Position numbers and translations under genes: made by a program. Of a stretch of 32,224 bases of DNA, positions 25,658 to 32,224 are shown piece after piece. Positions within the stretch are counted from its first letter, which is position 1. Each line of letters opens with the position of its first letter. The notes under the pieces were generated by a model. The model was not told the DNA's origin. It worked only from the letters and a program-made list of their open reading frames with translations, and did no database searches. Where the stretch lies: IMG/VR virus record IMGVR_UViG_3300025162_001865, positions 1 through 32,224 of that record; one strand, given 5' to 3'. This DNA comes from a virus (Duplodnaviria > Caudoviricetes).

Positions 25658-25931
25658 TTATTTTTCTATAATACAATTATGAGTTATATTGTTCCAAGGT
25701 TTTACACTCACAATATCAATATCATGACCTAAAACTTGATATATTATTTTTTTTTGCTGAATTTGGGTCGTGAGATTTAGTTATAACTAAATGAGGTTCT
25801 GTTATACCTCTACCTTTTCCTTTTGCTGGTTCATCTGATATCATTAGAATGTATCCATAACCATAACCAATTTCAGCATTTGTAATCAACTTGTAATTTT
25901 CGTTCAATTTAAATTCCTCTAAATGTTTCAT
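25658..25931 (-). pseudogene. Gene frameshifted in an A9 homopolymer (or sequencing error)
   Basis: MKHLEEFKLNE...; with one A fewer at 25747-25755 it continues KKIIYQVLGHD...IEK to TAA 25658. Confidence 0.5.
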
Positions 25932-26020
25932 AAAACTAGTTTTCTTTTTATATATTAATTTTGGACTTTGATTTTTAATATATAATTTCAATATTAATTT
26001 AAAAACAAAAAAATTAACAC

Positions 26021-27346
26021 ATGACGAAAATTTTCAAATTAAACTCTCTGGAGAAGGGAGATGATTTCATTAACATTATTAGTGATAAAGACCTTTTAGT
26101 ATATGAAGATATACAAGGTAGCCGTATTTTTGTTAAATACGATGGTCAAAAATTTATTATCAAACCAAAAAATTTAAGAAATGATAATCTTAATTTCATT
26201 GATTTGGCAATTCAAAAATTTTATAATCAAGCTTATTATTATTTCAATTCTTTACCACAATATGTAACAGATTTGTTAAATCCAAATTGGTGGTTCTGTT
26301 TTGAATATTTTCCTGATATGCATCCTGCAAACATTGAATATAAAAGAGTTCCAAAGAATAATCTTATACTTGTTTGTATAGTAAAAGGAAACAAATATAG
26401 ATATAATTATGATGAATTACTTGAGTTTTCAAATCTTTTAGATGTTGATGCTATACCTGTTATATTTAAAGGTAAATTAAGTTCAAAACAATTAGAAATT
26501 ATATCTTTGTTTTTAAATACTTCTGAAGATGATTTAAAATTTGTATTTGGTGAAAATAACTTTTCTAAATTTTTCTATAATCTTTTGAATCCAAATTTTA
26601 CTAATTCATTTTTAATGCAGGATGATGAATTTAATGAAAATTTAGAGAAGATAATAATGAAAATAGATGGAAATGATGAATACTCTTTTGAGTTATTGAA
26701 TCCATTGTATAAAAGAATGTCATTCAAAAATGATACTGATTATGTTGAAATATATACTCAAATTATACTTAACTTTTTAGAATTTTGTCAATTAATTGAT
26801 CTTAAAAAATGTAAAGTTAAAGCTAATACAAAAGATGAAATTTATATTGAATTAATTAGTCAAATATTTAATGATTATATGGAAAATATAAAGAAAGATA
26901 TTGATAATTGGAATATTATAATACCAGACTTTTTTGCTGATGAAAAATTCAAATTAAATACAGATATGTTATTGAATAAGAAAACAATAGAATTTGTAAA
27001 ATCTAGTAAAAAGATTGAATATATGTTAAAAGTTATTTTAAGTTCATTTAGTTATAAAAGAAAAAAACCGATTGGTGTATTTAATGATCAAACCGTTATT
27101 TTATTTAATGAATTTGTTGATAAACTTTCAAATCACATTGATAAATTAATGAATATAAATAGAGAATATAATCTTCAAAAGAATGATTTATTAAATTTTG
27201 GTGATTATTTTAAATTGAAATTTAATATTGATACTGATGGCAGATTATATCCCGATACAACAGCACCACCAAAAGAAACTGGTGATGATAAGGATAAGGA
27301 TGTTAAAAAAGGTGTAACAAAAAAAGATGGTGTTATTAAAAAATAA
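26021..27346 (+). CDS. Protein with degenerate RNA-ligase-like N-terminal domain
   Basis: VYEDIQGS (cf. EKxDG), FCFEY, IPVIFKG, LEKIIMK (cf. EGxVxK). Confidence 0.5.
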   Translation: MTKIFKLNSLEKGDDFINIISDKDLLVYEDIQGSRIFVKYDGQKFIIKPKNLRNDNLNFIDLAIQKFYNQAYYYFNSLPQYVTDLLNPNWWFCFEYFPDMHPANIEYKRVPKNNLILVCIVKGNKYRYNYDELLEFSNLLDVDAIPVIFKGKLSSKQLEIISLFLNTSEDDLKFVFGENNFSKFFYNLLNPNFTNSFLMQDDEFNENLEKIIMKIDGNDEYSFELLNPLYKRMSFKNDTDYVEIYTQIILNFLEFCQLIDLKKCKVKANTKDEIYIELISQIFNDYMENIKKDIDNWNIIIPDFFADEKFKLNTDMLLNKKTIEFVKSSKKIEYMLKVILSSFSYKRKKPIGVFNDQTVILFNEFVDKLSNHIDKLMNINREYNLQKNDLLNFGDYFKLKFNIDTDGRLYPDTTAPPKETGDDKDKDVKKGVTKKDGVIKK

Positions 27347-27348
27347 AA

Positions 27349-28116
27349 TTAATATCCCTCTAAAGTTATAAAACCACTATTTCCAGTTCCAAGTAATGTT
27401 ATACTTGTAGTAGTTATATTACTTACAATAGAAGTATAGTTTTGTGATAATATTTGAGGAATATAAGTAAAAGATATAGGATATGTATAAGTACAGGATC
27501 CTGATAAATCATCGCAATAAATTATAACTTTTTTAAAAGTACTCTGTTGAAAAGGTTGTGAAAATATAGCTGATCCTGTTGTTGATCCTGTTAAAGTCGT
27601 TTGTGTTCCATAAACATTGAATCCAGAATGAACCCACATTATACTAAGTGGATCTCCTTCACTGAATGATCCCACTATGCTTATTTCCATAAATGCAAAT
27701 TGATAGTAATTGGAAATTAAAGTTGCGTCAGAACCTGCCACACATATCATATAATTAATTCCTTGCCTATCTGATATTTGTATTAAATCATTGGTTTTAA
27801 CATTACTCCAAACATAACTATCGTCATGACTGGTATCATCAATTTTATTTATGTATATATAAGAAGAATCTCTATATAGTGCACCAGTATCGGCATAAGT
27901 AGACGACCAGTGATAACGAAACATTGGATTAATACCACTTACACCAGAACTTCCATTAGTAGATGATATTCCTGAACTTCCACTAGTAGATGATATTCCT
28001 GAACTTCCACTACTACCTATTCCAGATGTTCCTGCTGTTCCTGAAACCCCACTGGTTGTTTGTCCATCTTGTTCTCTTAGATTACCAAGAATAGAATCAT
28101 ATTTAATACCACTCAT
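27349..28116 (-). CDS. Gly/Ser triplet-repeat protein, possible fibre/decoration protein
   Basis: SGVSGTAGTSG...SGSSGISST repeats; beta-rich C terminus. Confidence 0.6.
   Translation of the reverse strand: MSGIKYDSILGNLREQDGQTTSGVSGTAGTSGIGSSGSSGISSTSGSSGISSTNGSSGVSGINPMFRYHWSSTYADTGALYRDSSYIYINKIDDTSHDDSYVWSNVKTNDLIQISDRQGINYMICVAGSDATLISNYYQFAFMEISIVGSFSEGDPLSIMWVHSGFNVYGTQTTLTGSTTGSAIFSQPFQQSTFKKVIIYCDDLSGSCTYTYPISFTYIPQILSQNYTSIVSNITTTSITLLGTGNSGFITLEGY
27947..28012 (-). repeat. 27-bp in-frame tandem repeat
   Basis: gaacttcca(t/c)tagtagatgatattcct twice plus a partial copy. Confidence 0.85.
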
Positions 28117-28191
28117 ATATTTTTCTTTTTTAGTATATATAAAAAAATGAACATGATTTATTTTATATATACTAAAAAATAAATTTAATAT

Positions 28192-28434
28192 ATGGCAGGA
28201 TTTTTAGATGATGGTAAATATATAGAAGTTGTTCATTCTGGTTTAACTTATATTGGATATGCTTGGCCGGGAACAGTTTCATCTGATCCTAAATGGAGAT
28301 TAAAAAGAATTGTTATTGTTGGCAATTTAACTAAAATAGAATATGCTCTTCCAGTTAGAGGTTCAAATTCTTTAACTGATTATTTTATTTTTAAATGGGA
28401 TGATAGAGCAAGTGGAAGTATTACTTGGGGATAA
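28192..28434 (+). CDS. Hypothetical protein
   Basis: YIGYA.PG...SDP.W.LKRI...WDDRAS. Confidence 0.65.
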   Translation: MAGFLDDGKYIEVVHSGLTYIGYAWPGTVSSDPKWRLKRIVIVGNLTKIEYALPVRGSNSLTDYFIFKWDDRASGSITWG

Positions 28435-28492
28435 AAATTTTTAAAACATTTTTAGTTCATTGAAATATATCAATATGATATAATATCTTTTT

Positions 28493-28563
28493 GGAAATAA
28501 TGAGTTTTGAGTAATTTTGGTTGCTTGAAGATTGTGTAAAAACGTCAAAAAAACTTGTTTTTC
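28493..28563 (+). promoter_or_regulatory. Putative structured 5' leader, similar to 3266-3341
   Basis: tgagtttt/aaaacttg closing stem; shared gttttgagt.at and attgtg..aaa blocks. Confidence 0.5.
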
Positions 28564-28592
28564 AAAAATAAAAAACAAAGAAGGAGGTAATT

Positions 28593-29615
28593 ATGATTAC
28601 ACAAAATTATGGCTTGGTACATCCGAGCTGCGAAGTATTAGTAAATGGTCAAAAGCGTAAGCTTTATGACAAAAACAAAAACAAAGTTTATCTTAACAAC
28701 GGAGACGAAATTCAATTAAAAGTTTTCAATCCACTATCAACTAGAGTTGGTTTTCAATTAAAAATGAATGGTTATGAATCGGATAACGCTGTATTGGTCG
28801 TTAACCCCGGTCAAACTGCTGTTATCGAAAGATTTATTGGAACCAATAGAAAAATAAAATTCAATACCTATACTGTGGATAAAAACAATCCACAATCTAA
28901 ACAGGCTACTAAGGAAAATGGTAAATTAGAAGTGATTTTTTATGCTGAATCAACAGCTAATAATTGGGTTCAACCTATAACAATTAATCCAATTATTAAC
29001 CCAATAATTCAACCTATAATTAATCCACCTTATTATCCATATAATCCACCTTATACACCACCATACAATCCATATCCTATTTGGTATCAAGAACCAACAA
29101 ATATTTGTAATGGAAGTACTAGTAATGGTGTATTATATAGAACAACAACAGACACTTTTTCTTCAAGTGGTGGTAAAGCTTCTAGTGCGAACTTTGGATC
29201 AGCATCATCCAATTTTAATTATGATACTGATTCTGGGTCACTTAATTTGAAAGGAGATTTGAATATAGATGGAAATATAAGAATGAATGGTAAATTATTA
29301 AATTGTGATTTACATGAAACCGGTAGAATAGAAAAAGGAAATAAATCTAATCAACATTTTTCTCAAGTAGAATTTGTTTGTGGTAATATTATTAAAACTT
29401 ATCTTTTCAAATTATTACCATATTCAGAAAAACCTATATCTACACCTACTCAAACAACATCAAATCACAATCCATATATTATTCAGCAACCAACGTATAG
29501 TAATACTTATATTAGATCTGAATTCAGGGAATATTGTCCTAATAAAAGATGTAATTATAGAGTGCGAAAATCGAACTGGGGATTTTGTCCAGTTTGTGGT
29601 ACTAAATTAGATTAA
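28593..29615 (+). CDS. Hypothetical protein with Pro/Tyr-rich linker and C-terminal Zn ribbon
   Basis: INPI/PPY repeats; CPNKRC...FCPVCG; AAGGAGG upstream. Confidence 0.75.
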   Translation: MITQNYGLVHPSCEVLVNGQKRKLYDKNKNKVYLNNGDEIQLKVFNPLSTRVGFQLKMNGYESDNAVLVVNPGQTAVIERFIGTNRKIKFNTYTVDKNNPQSKQATKENGKLEVIFYAESTANNWVQPITINPIINPIIQPIINPPYYPYNPPYTPPYNPYPIWYQEPTNICNGSTSNGVLYRTTTDTFSSSGGKASSANFGSASSNFNYDTDSGSLNLKGDLNIDGNIRMNGKLLNCDLHETGRIEKGNKSNQHFSQVEFVCGNIIKTYLFKLLPYSEKPISTPTQTTSNHNPYIIQQPTYSNTYIRSEFREYCPNKRCNYRVRKSNWGFCPVCGTKLD

Positions 29616-29618
29616 AAG

Positions 29619-29646
29619 AAAAACCCAGTCATTGACTGGGTTTTTT
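29619..29646. terminator. Bidirectional intrinsic terminator
   Basis: aaaaacccagtca-t-tgactgggtttttt. Confidence 0.85.
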
Positions 29647-29648
29647 AT

Positions 29649-29698
29649 TTATAAGGTTTTAACCTTATAATTACGTTTTATAAGGTTAAAACCTTATA
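29649..29698. repeat. Pair of palindromes in inverted orientation
   Basis: ttataaggtt-tt-aaccttataa and ttataaggtt-aa-aaccttata. Confidence 0.85.
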
Positions 29699-30014
29699 GA
29701 TGATTACCATCTGGTAATGGTGCAGTTTGTTCTACTTGAATATTATCTAAACTAAATTCACTTAGAGTATCAGTATTTTCAATACCTACAACAGCTTCAT
29801 TGGTTTCTAAATTATCTAAACTAAATTCGTTTAATCCTTCAACTTCAGTATTTTCATCCTTAGCTGCATTTACTTGTCCTTCTAATTCTTTAGAATGGGC
29901 TTCTTGTAGTTTCTTCAAAAATTCTGTTCTGAATTTCTTCTGACGATTTTTGATATTTTCTTTATAAGCTACAACCTTAGCTTTTCTTTTCTTGTTTGTT
30001 CTAGATTTTGGCAT
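29694..30014 (-). CDS. Hypothetical protein, basic N terminus and acidic C terminus
   Basis: MPKSRTNKKRK...; EFSLDN twice. Confidence 0.7.
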   Translation of the reverse strand: MPKSRTNKKRKAKVVAYKENIKNRQKKFRTEFLKKLQEAHSKELEGQVNAAKDENTEVEGLNEFSLDNLETNEAVVGIENTDTLSEFSLDNIQVEQTAPLPDGNHL

Positions 30015-30015
30015 G

Positions 30016-30855
30016 TTATTTAAGATTATTTTTTAAAACATTTAATTTATCAAAAAGTTCAACTTCAAACTTTTTATACATTGTTTTAATGAAACTATTA
30101 TATCTCACATCATTACTTTCAGTTTCTTCATTTTCTAAAATAGATTCAGGAATTTTAGACATGAATTTTAAGTTTTTATCAGCTCTTTTTAATTGTTTAA
30201 ATGCAATTTCACCACCTAATTTTTTATTAATATCACCGGGAAGATTCATTCTTGAAGCCATTAATTCATTTTCTAATGTTTTTACTCTTTCATATGATGT
30301 TTTTAATTCTTCAACATATGATATTGGTTCATCATCTGAATATGAAATATAAATAACTTGATCTTTCAATAAAACTCTTTTAAGTTTTTCATCTTGAGGG
30401 TATTGTATCCAATCCATTGATACATTTTTTTCAATTTCTGTTGGTACAATAGTTAATGGATCTAAAAGTTGTAAATCGAGAATATTTTTTTGTTTTTCAT
30501 CAAATATTATTTCAAATGCTAAAAATCCATCTATAAGTAAAATTTTTATATAATGATACATTTGAAGTTCTTCAATATAATGTGGAAAAGGAGTAATTAC
30601 TCTTTTTAATTTTTCTAAAATTTTATCAGTCATTATATTTACATAATTTCTGATTTCATCTTTAGTAGATAATTGTCTTAATAATTTTCTTTTATCCAAA
30701 TAAGTTCTGTCTTGATAAGATATTTCTTTATATCCTCTTAACCAATTTATTAATTCTTCTACATTTTCTGGTGTTAATGTAATATCATTCAATTTTATTC
30801 CATTATTATTTTGAATAATAAAACAAGATCCAATTTTTGTTTGTCTTTCTTTCAT
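30016..30855 (-). CDS. Truncated portal (T4 gp20-like) paralog
   Basis: IDGFLAFEIIFD...LDP...W.QY...QVIYISY...SYVEEL...LEN resembles the portal core of T4-like phages; only 279 aa. Confidence 0.55.
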   Translation of the reverse strand: MKERQTKIGSCFIIQNNNGIKLNDITLTPENVEELINWLRGYKEISYQDRTYLDKRKLLRQLSTKDEIRNYVNIMTDKILEKLKRVITPFPHYIEELQMYHYIKILLIDGFLAFEIIFDEKQKNILDLQLLDPLTIVPTEIEKNVSMDWIQYPQDEKLKRVLLKDQVIYISYSDDEPISYVEELKTSYERVKTLENELMASRMNLPGDINKKLGGEIAFKQLKRADKNLKFMSKIPESILENEETESNDVRYNSFIKTMYKKFEVELFDKLNVLKNNLK

Positions 30856-30919
30856 TGTTTTGTTGATTATTTTTTGTTGTTTTGTTGATTGTTTTTTTGT
30901 TGTTTGTTTTTTGTTGTTT

Positions 30920-31459
30920 TTATTCTGATAATCTTATTAAGGCAAAAACGGAATAATTAATGATATCATAATAATTAGCTTCTAATCCCTCTGATATTTG
31001 TGTTTTTCCATCATTATCTTCTATTTGTTTTATTCTTAAAAGTTTCTGTAAAATTAAATCGGTAATACTACTTACTCTCATTTCTCTCCAAGCCTCACCA
31101 TAATCGTGATTTTTATTCATCATCAATTCAAAAGCTTCATTAGTTTCATTGTTATAAATATCTATAAAATCTTGATTTGATAATTTATTATCAATTTCCT
31201 GAGAAGGAAATTTTAATTGAGTTATAGCCATTACTGAATAATTTATCATACCGATATATTCAGATTCAACTCCTTCATTTACCTTTGATGTCTTTTTTTC
31301 TTCCAAACTTCTAATTCGTTTGGCTTTAATGAAAATTTGATCAGTCATTGATGATGATCTAAGTATTCTCCAAGCTGGACCATAATCATTCATTTTCTTT
31401 GTAAAGAGATCTAAACATTTAAATATAATTTCTCTGTATTGTTTTATTGTATCTATCAT
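30920..31459 (-). CDS. DUF1599 (nucleotide modification associated domain) protein
   Basis: Two repeats of K..DYG.AWR..R.SS.TD.I..K..RI. Confidence 0.8.
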   Translation of the reverse strand: MIDTIKQYREIIFKCLDLFTKKMNDYGPAWRILRSSSMTDQIFIKAKRIRSLEEKKTSKVNEGVESEYIGMINYSVMAITQLKFPSQEIDNKLSNQDFIDIYNNETNEAFELMMNKNHDYGEAWREMRVSSITDLILQKLLRIKQIEDNDGKTQISEGLEANYYDIINYSVFALIRLSE

Positions 31460-31531
31460 TTGAAAAAATGGAAATAAATGGTAATTTTTTAATTATATAT
31501 AATTTAAGGAAAAAAAAGTTTTAATTAAAAA

Positions 31532-32224
31532 ATGTTAAAAACATATAAATATAGAATCTATCCAACACAAGAACAAAAAGAACAAATGCAAAAAATTTTT
31601 GGTCAGGTTAGATTTGTATATAATCTTGGTTTAGAAACAAAAATATCTGCTTATACAGGAAATAAAAAGAATATAGATATGTTTGATTTAAATAATCAAA
31701 TTAAAGAACTTAAAGACAATGAATGCCCTTGGCTAAAAGAGTCGCCTTCACAAGCATTACAAGCATCTATAAGAAATCTTGATAATGCCTACACTAATTT
31801 TTTCAGAGGTAATGGGTTTCCTAAATTCAAAAATAAACATGGAAAACAATCATTTCAATTACCACAGGGAGTATATTTAGAAAACGAAAAACAAATTTTC
31901 ATACCTAAACTAAAATTGATTAACATAGATTTACATAGAATATTTAAAGGTGAAATAAAAACAGTAACAGTATCAAAATCAACAACAAATAAATATTTTG
32001 TTTCGATTATGGTTGAAACTGGAGAATTAAAACCAGAAAAGAAACCGATAAAAATAGGAACCAGTGTCGGAATAGATCTTGGGATCAAAGATTTCGTAAT
32101 TACATCAGATGGAAAGAAATTCGAGAACAAAGATTTCTTCAAATCAACGATGCAAAAATTAAGAGTAGAACAGCGTTCATTATCAAGAAAAAAGAAAGGT
32201 TCAAATCATTATCTGAAACAAAAA
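31532..32224 (+). mobile_element. tnpB: IS200/IS605-family TnpB, runs off the window end
   Basis: MLKTYKYRIYPT..Q...FG..RFVYN; SQALQ...L..AY.NFF...GFPKFK; RuvC-I VGIDLGIKDF; LSRKKKGSN. Confidence 0.9.

Noticed and set aside
30856-30920. TTG-rich intergenic tract as a CRISPR or designed repeat
   Set aside because: Low-complexity sequence without repeat-spacer structure.
31855-32142. 95 aa minus-strand ORF
   Set aside because: Antisense shadow of tnpB.
1-32224. Genome-wide stop codon reassignment (TGA or TAG)
   Set aside because: Genes are intact in the standard code, TGA and TAG end several tightly packed genes, and no suppressor anticodon was seen.

Overview
Very AT-rich, gene-dense 32 kb segment that looks like part of a large (jumbo, T4-like) phage genome. 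The host is most likely a Bacteroidota, based on repeated TAnnTTTG promoters, boxA-like GTTCTTTGACAT, a host-like DUF1599 gene and a TGGCA-N6-TTGA heat-shock promoter. Most ORFs are small hypotheticals. Recognisable genes are a DNA methyltransferase, a vWA protein, four free-standing homing-type endonucleases, an ART-like protein, a response-regulator receiver, a PolB-type exonuclease, an AAA ATPase, Hsp20, a truncated portal-like protein and a TnpB at the right edge. The main finding is a tRNA array (about 8.5-14.3 kb) whose readable anticodons specify only Glu, Arg, Pro, Thr, Val and Ala. It is preceded by an unannotated 38-codon leader ORF with terminator/antiterminator structure, and 20 consecutive leader codons encode exactly those six amino acids, including rare codons matching the array anticodons. 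This suggests a ribosome-stalling attenuator that switches on phage tRNAs when host tRNAs are depleted. The array also contains D-armless, anticodon-less and long-variable-arm tRNA-like RNAs. A nearby class I release factor gene is split by one in-frame UGA, and several genes have UAG-ending uORFs in or next to start-codon-sequestering hairpins. All calls are by eye; no searches or folding programs were run.
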